Positions 40,114 through 52,107 of a stretch of 64,000 nucleotides of DNA are shown in pieces. The stretch lies in contig CAWDXG010000004.1 of assembly GCA_963806225.1 (NCBI GenBank), forward strand, positions 2,400,001 to 2,464,000. The letters are read 5' to 3'. Both the position numbers and the translations under genes were made by a program. The stretch's first letter is position 1; every line of letters begins with the position of its first letter. Origin of the DNA: an uncultured delta proteobacterium (lineage in GTDB: Bacteria > Myxococcota_A > Polyangia > Polyangiales > Polyangiaceae). The notes under the pieces are model-generated. The model made no database searches, was not told the DNA's origin, and saw only the letters and a list, made by a program, of their open reading frames with translations.

Positions 40114-40238
40114 GCTGAGCCCCACCGGACCACTTTTGCTCGGGACCCCACAGGAGCGCAAGCTGCACAGCGCGGACTAGTAGAAACTACCTGCTCTTCG
40201 GATTGACCGCCCGCGCCGGCAGGACGAATGTGGGCCGC

Positions 40239-42008
40239 ATGAGCCTACAGCGCGCCACCAGCCGCACCATTTCCCGGATGTTCCGTAACGTCTACCGGCT
40301 CCGGGGCCAGGAGTCGGAGCTCCGCCGCCGGGTTGCCGGAGCGCTGGGACTCTCCACGCGGCGCGAGGTCGAACGCATGGCGGACGAGATGGAGCTCTGG
40401 CAGGGCCGTGCCGAGCGCGCCCGGAACGCCGGACCCCGCCGCAACATCCTGTTCATCACCAGCGACCAGCAGCGCTACGACTCGCTGGGGGTGAACGGCG
40501 GAAGGGTCGCCCGCACGCCGGTGCTCGACGCCCTGGCCCGCACCGGCGTGAACTACCGCCGCGCCCACGTGCACAACGTCGTGTGCATGCCGTCGCGCTC
40601 GACGATGCTGACCGGCCAGTATCCGCAGACACATGGCGTCATCGCCAACGGCATCCCGCTGCCACCCGACGCGCCGAGCGTGGCGCGCGAGCTCAGGCGC
40701 CGGGCGGGCTACCGCACCGCGCTCATCGGCAAGGCACACTTCGACCCGCACCTCGACCCGAGCCTGCATTTTCCCGAGAACCGCTTCGCCTTCGAGCACA
40801 GCTTCGGGCCCTGGCGGGGCTTCGAACACGTCGAGCTGGCAACGCACGGACCGATGGGCGGGCACCACTACGCCGACTGGCTGTGGTCGAACCATCCGGA
40901 GGATGTGCGGGGCTTCGCCGCGGTGCTCACGGGCGCCGGCGGCGGCGATACCGGCGCGCCGGAGGTCGCGCACAACCCCATTCCGCGCGAGCACTACCAC
41001 ACCGACTGGGTCGCCGAACGCACTGTCGCGTGGCTGCGATCGGTACCGGCGGACGAACCGTGGTTCTGCTGGATGAGCTTCCCCGATCCGCACCATCCGT
41101 TCGACCCGCCCTACGACGAGGTGAAGAAGCGCATCGACTGGCATGATGTGCCTCTGCCCGAGGGCTATCCCGGCTCACGCGACAGGATCGAAGCCATCCT
41201 GGCCGACAAGCCGCGGCACTGGCTCGATTGGTACCAGGGCCGCTTCAGGAATCCCGAGGGCGGCCCCACGCACTTCGTCCCCGGCAAGCTCGAGGAGCGG
41301 CAGCTCCGCGAGGTCAACGCGATGATCCACGTCGAGAACGAGCTCATCGACGAAGCGTGCGGGCGCGTACTGGCCTTTCTGCGCGAGCGCGGGCTCGACG
41401 AGAACACCGACGTGATCTTCACCTCGGATCACGGCGAGCTGCAGGGCGACTACGGGCTCCTGTTCAAGGGCCCGTACCACGTGGAATCGCTAATGCGGAT
41501 CCCGATGATCTGGCGTCCCGCGCCGTCGGCGGCAGTGGGCGCCTGCGAAATCACGGAACCGGTCGGCCATGTCGATCTGGCGCCGACGTTCTGCCGGATC
41601 GCGGGCATCGAGGTTCCGGAGTACATGCAGGGTGCGGCGCTGCCCGTCCAGCCCGGGTCGGGGCGCGAGCGCATCGTCACGGCCTTCGACAGCCAGTTCG
41701 AGCAGGTGGGGATGCACCTCCGGACGATCTACCGCGACGGCTACATCTGCACGCGCTACGAGCCGCGCACGCGCGACCGCGGCGGGCATTTCCCCTTGTA
41801 CTGGGCGCTCTGGGGCGCCGGCACCCACGTCCCCGACTACGACGGCAGCGAAGGCGAATTCTACGATCTCCACGAGGATCCGCTGCAGCACAAGAACCTC
41901 TGGAACGACCCCGTGCGGCGCAGCTTGCGCGACGATCTGCTCGCAGACCTGGGCGACCATCTGCCGCCCGCACGCACGCCGCCGCTTGACGTCGAGGCGC
42001 CGACCTGA
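40239..42008 (+). CDS. Sulfatase (Cys-type formylglycine)
   Basis: NILFITSDQQR, CMPSRSTMLTG (CxPxR), GYRTALIGKAH, FPDPHHP, TSDHG. Confidence 0.93.
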   Translation: MSLQRATSRTISRMFRNVYRLRGQESELRRRVAGALGLSTRREVERMADEMELWQGRAERARNAGPRRNILFITSDQQRYDSLGVNGGRVARTPVLDALARTGVNYRRAHVHNVVCMPSRSTMLTGQYPQTHGVIANGIPLPPDAPSVARELRRRAGYRTALIGKAHFDPHLDPSLHFPENRFAFEHSFGPWRGFEHVELATHGPMGGHHYADWLWSNHPEDVRGFAAVLTGAGGGDTGAPEVAHNPIPREHYHTDWVAERTVAWLRSVPADEPWFCWMSFPDPHHPFDPPYDEVKKRIDWHDVPLPEGYPGSRDRIEAILADKPRHWLDWYQGRFRNPEGGPTHFVPGKLEERQLREVNAMIHVENELIDEACGRVLAFLRERGLDENTDVIFTSDHGELQGDYGLLFKGPYHVESLMRIPMIWRPAPSAAVGACEITEPVGHVDLAPTFCRIAGIEVPEYMQGAALPVQPGSGRERIVTAFDSQFEQVGMHLRTIYRDGYICTRYEPRTRDRGGHFPLYWALWGAGTHVPDYDGSEGEFYDLHEDPLQHKNLWNDPVRRSLRDDLLADLGDHLPPARTPPLDVEAPT

Positions 42009-42115
42009 GGCTTGGGCCTTTCTCTTTCCGCGTAGCGCATGTAGCAAGATGGCACACCTCATGTGACATTTTGCTACAATCCAGGGGCGGCGGGGGCCCG
42101 TAGACTGGGCGCGGG

Positions 42116-44095
42116 ATGTTCGTCTGTCCGGAGTGCGGCCATGCGGCGGGGGCGCCGGGCTTCTGCACGGAGCATGGCGTCTCGCTCATCGATGCCGGCG
42201 CCGACCCGCTGCCGGGGCAGCGCGTCGGCAGCTACCGCATCGCGCGGCTGATCGGCGAGGGCGGCATGGGCCGCGTGTACCTCGCGGTGCAGCCGGAGAT
42301 CGGCAGCCGCGTCGCGGTCAAGGTGCTGTCAGGGGATGCCACGGCGGGCTCGGCGTCGGTGGAGCGCTTCTTTGCGGAAGCGCGCGCCGTGAACGTCATC
42401 CGCCACGAGAACATCGTCAGCGTGCTCGATCTCTCGCGGCTGCCGGACGGGCGGCCGTATATCGTCATGGAGTACCTCGAGGGCGCGGCACTGTCGACGC
42501 TCATCGCCGAGCGCGGTGCGCTGCCCCTCGGGGCGCTGACGCGAGCGCTCGGCGAGGTGCTGGACGCGCTCGCCGCCGCGCACGAAAAGGGCATCGTCCA
42601 CCGCGACCTGAAACCGGACAACATCTTCATCACCCGCGGCGGCCGCGCCAAGGTGCTCGACTTCGGTATCGCCAAGCTCAAACCGGAGCTGCTCTCGATG
42701 GAGGCGCACACCAGCACGGGCGCTCTACTCGGCACGCCTCACTACATGTCCCCCGAGCAGGCACAGGGACGTCCCGCCGAACCGCGCAGCGATCTGTACT
42801 CGGTCGGGGTGATCCTGTTCGAGGGCGCGACGGGCACACGCCCGTTCGACGCGAGCTCGCTCTACGAGCTGTTGAAACAGCACATCGAGCACCCTCCGCC
42901 GTCGCCCCGGTCCATGCGCGGAGATCTGCCGCCGGCGTACGAGGCCGTGATCCTGCGCGCGCTCGACAAGTCCCTGGCGCGGCGGTTCCAGAATGCCAGG
43001 GAGCTGTCCGCGGCGCTCGCCGAAGCGGGCCAGTCCGCTCCGGCGGACAGCTGGGGCTCGCTCGGAAGCGGCCGGGCTCCGCTGGGTCCGGCGCCCACGC
43101 CGGATCCCGAAAGACGGAAGATGGCCCTCGAAGCCACGGTCCCGACGCCACCCGCGCACGGCACAGCACCGACGCCGCAGCATGCGGCGGCAAGTCGCAC
43201 GCCGATGCAGGTCCCCGCCGGCACACCGCCCCCCACCTATCCGTCGGCGGGCAATGCTCCCGCCGTACCGGACGCCCTCTACGAACCGCAGACGCTGGAA
43301 CCGGTCGTGACGCAGAACCGGAGCAGCACCGGGCTGTATCTGCTGGTCGGAGCGATCCTGCTATTCGTCGGCGCATCCATCGTCGTCGGCGCTGTGGTCG
43401 GGTTCGTGTTCAACCGCACGCCGCCACCACCGCCTGGCCCGCCTCCAGTCGCTTCGCCGCGGCGCGCGCCTGAGCCGGCCCCGACGCCGACGGGCGTGAC
43501 GAACACGCCTATGCCGTTCGCGGGCAACTACGTGATCGCGCACGCGAGCAATCCGGGCAACAAGAAGGCATACGGCGGCAACATCGAGATCACGCACCGC
43601 GGCAGTCGCTTTCATGTCACCTGGACCGGCGGCGTCAGCGCCGACGGGGTCGGACTGTCCCATGGCGATCTGCTGGGCGTCGGCTGGGCCTATCGTGGCA
43701 GCTACGCGGTCGTGATGTACGATGTCGACGGGGGAAAGCTGGACGGACGCTGGGTGACGCAGTCCGACAATGCACAACCGGGTGTCGAGGTGCTCCGGGG
43801 TCCGGCGGGCCTCGACGGCCGCTACCACATCGTGAGTGCGCACCCGCCGGGCAGCACCCGGGCCTACGGCGGCACAGTCGTTATCCATCCGCGGGGCTCC
43901 ACCTATCACCTGAAGTGGGAAGTGGATGGGCACGTGTACCAGGGCGTCGGCATCCTCCAGGGGCGCACTCTGGTAGCGGGCTGGGGGCTGAACGCCGGAG
44001 TCGCAGTCTACCGGCGTCGGGACCAGACGCTGGAGGGGAGCTGGGCGTTGCCGGGGGGTACCCAGCTGGGCAGCGAGATACTGCGCCGTCGCTAG
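42116..44095 (+). CDS. Membrane Ser/Thr kinase with N-terminal Zn-ribbon and duplicated extracellular beta domain
   Basis: CPECG..FCTEHG; GEGGMG, HRDLKPDN, DFG, YMSPE; TM; two YGG.V.I..RG...H..W..G.GI repeats. Confidence 0.92.
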   Translation: MFVCPECGHAAGAPGFCTEHGVSLIDAGADPLPGQRVGSYRIARLIGEGGMGRVYLAVQPEIGSRVAVKVLSGDATAGSASVERFFAEARAVNVIRHENIVSVLDLSRLPDGRPYIVMEYLEGAALSTLIAERGALPLGALTRALGEVLDALAAAHEKGIVHRDLKPDNIFITRGGRAKVLDFGIAKLKPELLSMEAHTSTGALLGTPHYMSPEQAQGRPAEPRSDLYSVGVILFEGATGTRPFDASSLYELLKQHIEHPPPSPRSMRGDLPPAYEAVILRALDKSLARRFQNARELSAALAEAGQSAPADSWGSLGSGRAPLGPAPTPDPERRKMALEATVPTPPAHGTAPTPQHAAASRTPMQVPAGTPPPTYPSAGNAPAVPDALYEPQTLEPVVTQNRSSTGLYLLVGAILLFVGASIVVGAVVGFVFNRTPPPPPGPPPVASPRRAPEPAPTPTGVTNTPMPFAGNYVIAHASNPGNKKAYGGNIEITHRGSRFHVTWTGGVSADGVGLSHGDLLGVGWAYRGSYAVVMYDVDGGKLDGRWVTQSDNAQPGVEVLRGPAGLDGRYHIVSAHPPGSTRAYGGTVVIHPRGSTYHLKWEVDGHVYQGVGILQGRTLVAGWGLNAGVAVYRRRDQTLEGSWALPGGTQLGSEILRRR

Positions 44096-44320
44096 ACATC
44101 TATCCTTATGTAATCACACAAGAAATGTGGATCTGTCTGCGCGCGGGACGGGCGCTGGGCCCGGGACGTGCTAGGGTGCCCGGCGGAATTCGGGCACGGC
44201 GCTCCTTCGCATCTCTGTGCGATCTCGCGAGTACCGGGTCCGGAGTCCCAGTCGCGCCTTCACACCTGCCCGGACGGGCAGTGAACATGTGCGCATCGAA
44301 CGTCTACCAGGAGGTATCGA

Positions 44321-44518
44321 TTGCGAAGCAGCGGAACGACTTTCAGCAAGCGTCAGAGGGAGCGCGACAAGCGCGAGAAGAAGCAGGCCAAGGCCGAGCG
44401 CCGCGAGCAGCGCAAGCACGAGCGCGCGGATCGTCCCGACGGCGAAGAGCCGGGCGTGGATCCCGACATCGCCGGGATCGTGCCTGGGCCGCAGCCGCTC
44501 CCACCCGAGTTCGACTGA
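44321..44518 (+). CDS. Small basic protein
   Basis: AGGAGG RBS before TTG; TFSKRQRERDKREKK..DPDIAGIVPGPQP. Confidence 0.7.
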   Translation: MRSSGTTFSKRQRERDKREKKQAKAERREQRKHERADRPDGEEPGVDPDIAGIVPGPQPLPPEFD

Positions 44519-44577
44519 AGGCCGCAGCCGGCGCCGCGTAGCGGGGTCGGCCAGCTGGAATCCCACAGGGCGCGGGC

Positions 44578-44633
44578 TTGACAGGCTCGCGCGCTGATCC
44601 ACATTTTGAATTCGTACTAGTTCAGTACGAATT
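44578..44633 (+). promoter_or_regulatory. suf promoter (-35 TTGACA) and palindromic operator
   Basis: TTGACA 44578-44583; AATTCGTACT-N5-AGTACGAATT 44609-44633 just before the Rrf2 start. Confidence 0.7.
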
Positions 44634-44641
44634 AGGAAACC

Positions 44642-45136
44642 ATGCTGAGGATCACGAAGCTGAGCGACTACGCGGTGGTCGTGCTGCAGAACCTGGTCGC
44701 CTGCCAGGACCCCAGCTGCGACTGCACCTCGCGCGAGGTGGCGGAGCGCACGGGGATCCCGCGGCCCACGGTCAGCAAGGTGATGAAGGACCTGGCCCGC
44801 GGTGGCCTGCTCGTCTCGCAGCGGGGCGCGCAGGGGGGGTTCTGCCTGGCGCGCGAACCCGCACGGATCACGCTGGCGGAGATCATCGAGGCGGTCGAGG
44901 GCCCCATCGCGCTGACGGAGTGCAACGTGGAGGCCGACAGCAACTGTGACTTCACGGGCGCCTGCCCGGTCGAGGAGAACTGGCTGCGCATCAACCAGGT
45001 GGTGCGGCGGGCGCTCGACGGCATCAGCCTGGCCGACATGGCGCGACCGCTCGGGCCGTCGCTGCTGAGCCTGGGCCGCTCCGCCGAAGCGCAGGTCTGG
45101 ACCGCCCGGCTTCCTGCCGGGGGCGAGGAGACATGA
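44642..45136 (+). CDS. Rrf2-family SUF system Fe-S cluster assembly regulator
   Basis: [41 protein letters not shown]. Confidence 0.93.
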   Translation: MLRITKLSDYAVVVLQNLVACQDPSCDCTSREVAERTGIPRPTVSKVMKDLARGGLLVSQRGAQGGFCLAREPARITLAEIIEAVEGPIALTECNVEADSNCDFTGACPVEENWLRINQVVRRALDGISLADMARPLGPSLLSLGRSAEAQVWTARLPAGGEET

Positions 45137-46577
45137 CGGCATCCAACGAGCAGATCAACCGGCTCCTCGAGTCGGACTACGAGGCCGGTTGGGTCACGGA
45201 CATCGGAGAGGACAGGGCTCCGCCGGGGCTGAGCGAGGAGATCGTCCGCTTCATCTCGGCGAAGAAGCACGAGCCGGAGTGGCTGCTCGAGTGGCGGCTG
45301 AAGGCGTACCGCCACTGGCGCGAGATGAAGCTGCCGACCTGGGCCCGGGTGAGCTATCCGCCCATCGACTTCCAGGCCATCTGCTACTACTCGGCGCCGA
45401 AGCAGAATGCGGACGGGCCAAAGAGCCTGGACGAGGTCGATCCGGAGCTTCTGCGCACCTACGAGAAGCTCGGCATCCCGCTGCACGAGCGCGAGGTGCT
45501 GGCGGGCGTAGCGGTCGATGCTGTCTTCGACAGCGTCAGCGTGGCGACGACCTTCAAGAAGAAGCTCGGCAACATGGGCATTCTCTTCTGTTCGTTCTCG
45601 GAGGCCGTGCAGGAGCACCCGCAGCTGGTCCGGAAGTATCTGGGCTCGGTCGTACCCATGAACGACAACTTCTACGCGGCGCTCAACTCGGCCGTGTTCA
45701 GCGACGGGTCGTTCGTGTTCGTGCCGAAGGGCGTGCGCTGCCCGATGGAGCTCTCCACCTACTTCCGCATCAACGCGGCGAAGACGGGGCAGTTCGAGCG
45801 CACGCTGATCATCGCCGAAGAGGGCAGCCGCGTGAGCTACCTCGAGGGCTGCACCGCTCCGATGCGCGACGAGAACCAGCTGCACGCCGCGGTGGTCGAG
45901 CTCATCGCGCTCGACGACGCCGAGATCAAATACTCCACGGTGCAGAACTGGTACCCGGGCGACGAGAAGGGCCAGGGCGGCGTGTACAACTTCGTGACCA
46001 AGCGCGGCAAATGCCAGGGCAAGCGCTCGAAGATCTCCTGGACGCAGGTGGAGACAGGCTCGGCCATCACCTGGAAGTACCCGGGCTGCATCCTGATGGG
46101 CGACGACTCGGTGGGTGAGTTCTATTCGGTCGCGCTCACCAACAACTACCAGCAGGCCGACACGGGCACGAAGATGATCCATCTCGGCAGGAACACCCGG
46201 AGCACGATCATCTCCAAGGGCATCTCGGCCGGCCACGGACAGAACACCTATCGCGGGCTGGTGAAGATCCAGAAGGGCGCAGAAAATGCCCGTAACTACT
46301 CGCAGTGCGACTCGCTGCTCATCGGCAGCGACTGCGGCGCGCACACCGTGCCGTACGTGGAGGTGAACAACGGCTCGAGCACGCTGGAGCATGAGGCCAC
46401 CACCTCGCGCATCGGCGACGACCAGCTTTTCTACTGCCGTCAGCGCGGGCTTTCCGAGGAAGACGCGGTGAGCCTGATCGTGAACGGCTTCTGCAAGGAA
46501 GTGCTGAAGGAACTGCCGATGGAGTTCGCCGTCGAGGCGCAGAAGCTGCTTGGAGTGAGCCTGGAAGGAGCGGTCGG

Positions 46578-46581
<4 letters not shown>
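45133..46581 (+). CDS. sufB: Fe-S cluster assembly protein SufB
   Basis: [44 protein letters not shown]. Confidence 0.97.
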
Positions 46582-47356
<775 letters not shown>

Positions 47357-47360
<4 letters not shown>

Positions 47361-48595
47361 CGGACGTGCTGGAGACCATCTCGTCGAGCACGCGGGGCGA
47401 CGCGCCGTTCGTGACGGCGCTCCGACCACGGCTGAAGACGGCGGCGGCCGGGCCGACATGGCTCGCCGATCTGCGGCGCGAAGCTGCGGCGTGGTTTTCC
47501 GCCCACGGGCTACCGCATCCGAAGGAAGAAGCCTGGCGCTTCACGTCGCTCCGGCCGCTTTCGCGGCTCGCGCCGTTGCTGGTGCCGGCGCGGCTGTCGA
47601 CGGCGGCGCTGCCCGCGGGCGTGACGCTTCTGAAGCTCGACGGCGCAGAGGGGCGGCTCGGACAGCTCGCGAGCACGCACCACGCCTTCGCCGCGCTCAA
47701 CACGGCGCTGTTCGAGGACGCGCTGGTCATCGAGGTGGCACCGGGCAGCGTCGTGGAAGCACCGCTGGAGATCGCCCACGTTGCCCGGGGCGGTGCGCGC
47801 GCCACACTGTCGCTGCCGCGCGTGCTCGTGATCGCCGGCGAAGCCAGCCAGCTCCAGCTCGTGGAGCGATACGGCGCGGAAGACGGCACGTCGCTGACGG
47901 CGGGGGTCACGGAGGTCTTCGTCGGGGAAAATGCCGCCGTGGAACACGTGCGCGTGCTCGACGGCGCGCCGGACGCCTACAACATCTCGCTCACGGCCGT
48001 GCGCCAGGCTCGCGACAGCCGCTACACGTCGCGAGTGGCGACTTTCGGCGGCACGCTCTCACGGCTGGATCTTCGCGTGCTGATGGACGGCGAGGGCGCC
48101 GAGTGCACGCTCGACGGCCTGTACCTGGCGGGTGACGACGAGCACGTCGATCACCAGACGTTCATCGACCACGCCCGCGCGCACTGCACCAGCCACGAGA
48201 AGTACAAGGGCGTGCTCCAGGGCAGCGGCCGCGCTGTGTTCGACGGCGGCGTCACCGTGCGGCACGGCGCGCAACAGACCGACGCGCACCAGGAAAACCG
48301 CAACCTGGTGCTGTCGGATCGAGCCAAGGTCAACACCAAGCCTTCGCTGGTGATCGACGCCGACGACGTGAAGTGCAGCCACGGCGCGACCGTGGGCCAG
48401 CTGGACCCGGCGGCGCTGTTCTACCTCCGGGCGCGCGGCATCGGCGAAGCCGAGGCGCGGGCGCTTCTGGCCTTCGCGTTCGCACGCGAGATGACCGAGC
48501 GGATCACACCGCCCGGCCTCCGGCGCGAGCTGGTCGAGGCGGTCCTCGCGCGCATGCCCGAAGGGCGGCTTCTGGCGGCGGAGGACGACGTATGA
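47357..48595 (+). CDS. sufD: Fe-S cluster assembly protein SufD
   Basis: EAWRFT, ADDVKCSHGATVG.LD..ALFYLRARGI. Confidence 0.95.
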
Positions 48596-49839
48596 CACTG
48601 GCGCGTGCGACGACACGGCAGGAGCTCGATCCGGCGGGCCTGCGCAGGGACTTCCCGGCCCTTTCCCAGCAGGTGCACGGCCAACCGTTGGTGTACCTGG
48701 ACAGCGCAGCCACAGCGCTCAAACCGCGCGCCGTGATCGAAGCTGTGGAGCTCACGTACACGCGCGACGCTGGCAACGTGCACCGCGCCGTGCATCTGCT
48801 CTCCCAGCGCGCCACCGAAGCCTACGAAGGCGCGCGCGACAAGGTCCGGCGTTTCATCAACGCGGCGAGCACGCAGGAGATCGTCTTCGTGCGCGGCACT
48901 ACCGAGGCCATCAATCTGGTCGCGCAGAGCTACGGGCGCCCGCGCCTCGGGCGCGGCGACGAGATCCTGCTAACCGGGCTCGAGCACCACTCGAACATCG
49001 TGCCGTGGCAGATGCTGCGCGAGCAGACCGGCGTGGAGCTCGTCGTGGTTCCGGTGACGGACGAGGGCGAAGTCCGGCTCGAGGACTTCGAGGCGCGCCT
49101 GTCCGGGCGCACCAGGCTGGTGGCCGTCGCACATGCTTCCAACACGCTCGGCACGGTGCTGCCCATCCGCGAGATGGCGCTGAGGGCGCACGCGCGGGGT
49201 GCGCACGTGCTGGTGGACGGCGCGCAGGCGGCGCCGCACCTGGCCGTCGACGTGCAGGAGCTGGGGGCGGACTTCTACGCGCTGTCCGGCCACAAGCTGT
49301 ACGGCCCGACGGGCATCGGCGTGCTGTACGGCCGGCGCGAGCTGCTCGACGACATGCCGCCGTACCAGGGCGGCGGCGACATGATCCGCTCGGTGACGTT
49401 CGAGCGAACGCTGTACAATGATCTGCCGTTCCGCTTCGAAGCCGGCACGCCGAACATCGCGGGCGCCATCGGCCTCGGCGCGGCCATCGACTACCTGGGC
49501 GCGCTCGATCGCGGGGCGCTCGAGGCGCACGAGCAGCGCCTGCTCGAGTACGGCACGCGGCGGCTCCGGGAAATCACCGGGCTCCGGCTGATCGGCACGT
49601 CGGCGCGGAAGATCGGCGTGCTTTCCTTCGTGGTCGACGGCATCCATCCGCACGACCTCGGCACCATCGTCGACCATTCTGGCGTGGCGATCCGCACGGG
49701 ACATCACTGCACACAACCGTTGATGGAACGCTTCGGCGTGCCGGCCACGGCCCGCGCATCGCTCGCCCTCTACAATACCGAGGCCGATCTGGATCGCCTG
49801 GCAGAGGCGGTCGTCAAGGCCAGGGAGATGTTTTCCTGA
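48592..49839 (+). CDS. sufS: Cysteine desulfurase SufS
   Basis: YLDSAAT, EHHSN, SGHKLYGPTGIG, RTGHHC. Confidence 0.96.
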   Translation: MTLARATTRQELDPAGLRRDFPALSQQVHGQPLVYLDSAATALKPRAVIEAVELTYTRDAGNVHRAVHLLSQRATEAYEGARDKVRRFINAASTQEIVFVRGTTEAINLVAQSYGRPRLGRGDEILLTGLEHHSNIVPWQMLREQTGVELVVVPVTDEGEVRLEDFEARLSGRTRLVAVAHASNTLGTVLPIREMALRAHARGAHVLVDGAQAAPHLAVDVQELGADFYALSGHKLYGPTGIGVLYGRRELLDDMPPYQGGGDMIRSVTFERTLYNDLPFRFEAGTPNIAGAIGLGAAIDYLGALDRGALEAHEQRLLEYGTRRLREITGLRLIGTSARKIGVLSFVVDGIHPHDLGTIVDHSGVAIRTGHHCTQPLMERFGVPATARASLALYNTEADLDRLAEAVVKAREMFS

Positions 49840-50279
49840 TGCCGGACCTCCGCGAGCTGTACCAGGAGATGGTGCTCGACCACGGGCGCCACCCGCGCAA
49901 CTTCCGCGGCGTGGAGGGCGCGAACCGCGCGGCGGAGGGGTACAACCCTCTGTGCGGCGACAAGCTCAGGCTCGAGCTACGGGTGGAGGACGGCATCGTG
50001 CAGGATGCCGCCTTTTCCGGCTCGGGCTGCGCGATCTCGACGGCCGCGGCCTCGACCATGACGGAAGCGGTGAGGGGCAGGACGATCGCCGAAGCCGAAG
50101 CGATGTTCGAGGGCTTCCACGCGCTGGTCACTGGAGAAGCCGTGAAAGTCGAGTTGCCCAGGAAGCTCGCGGTCTTCAGCGGCGTGGCGGCCTACCCGAT
50201 GCGCGTCAAGTGCGCCACTCTAGCCTGGCACACGCTGCATGCCGCGCTCGAGGGCAAGCCCATCGCGACGACGGAGTAG
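49839..50279 (+). CDS. sufU: SufU (NifU-like) sulfur-transfer protein
   Basis: NPLCGD, GCAISTA, RVKCATLAW. Confidence 0.94.
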   Translation: MPDLRELYQEMVLDHGRHPRNFRGVEGANRAAEGYNPLCGDKLRLELRVEDGIVQDAAFSGSGCAISTAAASTMTEAVRGRTIAEAEAMFEGFHALVTGEAVKVELPRKLAVFSGVAAYPMRVKCATLAWHTLHAALEGKPIATTE

Positions 50280-50281
50280 AC

Positions 50282-50737
50282 ATGCCGACGGAGCCGAAAA
50301 CAGAGCTCGAGATGCTGGATACCGAGCGCGCACGGCGTAAGCTCGAAGTCGTGGATGCGCCCGATACCGAACCGAGTGACAGCTTCGTTCTGGAAGGCGA
50401 TGGCTATGCGCCGACGCCGGGAGCGGTCGACCGCGAACATCTCACCCAGTCGCTTCTCGACCAACTGCGCACGGTGCGGGATCCGGAAATTCCGCTCGAC
50501 ATCGTCGCGCTGGGGCTGGTCTACAGCCTGGACGTGAGCGACGACGGCGACGTACATGTCCGCATGTCGCTGACCGCGCCGGGCTGTCCGGTCGCCGACG
50601 ATCTGGTGCAGCAGGTCCACGACAGGCTTCTGTCCACGCGCGGCGTCTCCCACGCGAAGACCGAGCTGGTCTGGGATCCGCCCTGGACAATGGACCGCAT
50701 GGACGAAGCGGCGAAGCTGGCGCTCGGGCTCTTCTAG
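50282..50737 (+). CDS. sufT: DUF59 / SufT-like Fe-S assembly protein
   Basis: DPEIPLDIVALGLVY, LTAPGCP, LVWDPPW. Confidence 0.9.
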   Translation: MPTEPKTELEMLDTERARRKLEVVDAPDTEPSDSFVLEGDGYAPTPGAVDREHLTQSLLDQLRTVRDPEIPLDIVALGLVYSLDVSDDGDVHVRMSLTAPGCPVADDLVQQVHDRLLSTRGVSHAKTELVWDPPWTMDRMDEAAKLALGLF

Positions 50738-50781
50738 GCCTGGGTTGCGCGCGCCCCGTATGGCTCTACATTCGAGAGTAG

Positions 50782-51159
50782 ATGGACCGCGCCAGCGACA
50801 ACGCTGCACCACGCATCCGGGTCACGCCCGAGGCGGTGGAGTACGCGAAGAAGAAGCGCGTGGAGATCGGCAAGCCCGACGCTGCGCTCCGCATCGGCGT
50901 CAAGGGCGGCGGCTGCGCGGGGCTGACCTACGTGACCGACTTCACCGAGGAACCGCCGCGGGAGCGCGAACTGGTGTACGAGTTCGGCGGCCTCAGGGTG
51001 TACGTCGACACGCGCAGCCTGCGCTACATCGAGGGCAGCGAGCTCGCCTACGAGAAGACGCTGATGTACCAGGGCTTCCGCTTCAAGAACCCGCTGGAAG
51101 AGTCGACGTGCGGCTGTGGCATGACCTTCAGCGTGAAGAAAGGGCTGAAGACGGTCTAG
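50782..51159 (+). CDS. HesB/IscA-family A-type Fe-S carrier
   Basis: GVKGGGCAGLTY, NP...TCGCG.TF. Confidence 0.93.
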   Translation: MDRASDNAAPRIRVTPEAVEYAKKKRVEIGKPDAALRIGVKGGGCAGLTYVTDFTEEPPRERELVYEFGGLRVYVDTRSLRYIEGSELAYEKTLMYQGFRFKNPLEESTCGCGMTFSVKKGLKTV

Positions 51160-51214
51160 GCGACCCGTCGGCAAAACCTGTGGAGCGCCTGGCGCTCTGG
51201 AGTATGCTCTCCGG

Positions 51215-52096
51215 ATGCTTCGAACGACCAGGCTAGCTGGGAGCGTGGCCCTCGCGGTGTGTGCTTCCCTTTCCGCGTGCAGCTCGGGAAACAGCAATAA
51301 CAACGCGCACGGCAGCGGCGGTAGCGGCGGCACGGGCGCCGGCGGCGCCGGCGGCAGCGGCGGCGGTATTCCGGGACTGTGCGTGAGCGGGACGCCGTCA
51401 CCAGACGTGACGGACGTGTCGGGACACTGGGCCTTCCAGACGGTGGGCTCGCAGGTGGTGCAGGCGCCCGGCTTCGCCCAGCCGTTCCACACGCGGGTCA
51501 TCAGTCTCCTGCTCGTCGACCTGACGCAAACGGGCAAGGACGTCACGATGAAAGCGTCGTACTGCGCGCAGAGCGTGGATACCGACTCGGTCGTGAAGAC
51601 GGTGCTCCCGGACGCTTTCGTCAAATCGCTCGCAGCCTACACGCGTAGCGGGACGTACGAGGTCACAGGCGGCGTCGGTCACTTCAAGTCGCCCGACTTC
51701 CCGGAAGTCCTCGGCGCCAAGCTCTCCGACGACATGAACGACGCGCTGCCCACCGATCCTACCGACAACCGCGTGTTCGACCAGGACAACGACGGGCATC
51801 CCGGGCTCACGGTCAAGCTCACGGGTCTGATCGACGGCGAGGCCTATGTCGTGCAGCGGCTGATCTCCTCGTACGACGGCGCAGCGGTCACCAAGGACCA
51901 CCTGCAGGGCAAGCTCGGGTTCAGCTCGGAGCAGGTCATCCTCGATTCGCAACCGGCCGCGATCAAGAACGCTCAGCCGACTGGTTCGCCCGATCCCGTC
52001 GCGTGCGACAGCCACTTCGACGCCAGCCGCCTCCCGGCCAGCGCCGACTGCCAGTACGTGGTCAACAACGCCGGCACGCTGTTTCCGGCCAAGTAG
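51215..52096 (+). CDS. Lipoprotein, hypothetical
   Basis: LSAC lipobox, Gly linker, DQDNDGHPG Ca-binding-like motif. Confidence 0.8.
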   Translation: MLRTTRLAGSVALAVCASLSACSSGNSNNNAHGSGGSGGTGAGGAGGSGGGIPGLCVSGTPSPDVTDVSGHWAFQTVGSQVVQAPGFAQPFHTRVISLLLVDLTQTGKDVTMKASYCAQSVDTDSVVKTVLPDAFVKSLAAYTRSGTYEVTGGVGHFKSPDFPEVLGAKLSDDMNDALPTDPTDNRVFDQDNDGHPGLTVKLTGLIDGEAYVVQRLISSYDGAAVTKDHLQGKLGFSSEQVILDSQPAAIKNAQPTGSPDPVACDSHFDASRLPASADCQYVVNNAGTLFPAK

Positions 52097-52107
52097 CCCC
52101 GAAAAAC

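Noticed and set aside
44100..44320. Possible ncRNA or riboswitch upstream of the small basic protein
   Set aside because: No recognisable family motif by eye; would need an Rfam/Infernal scan
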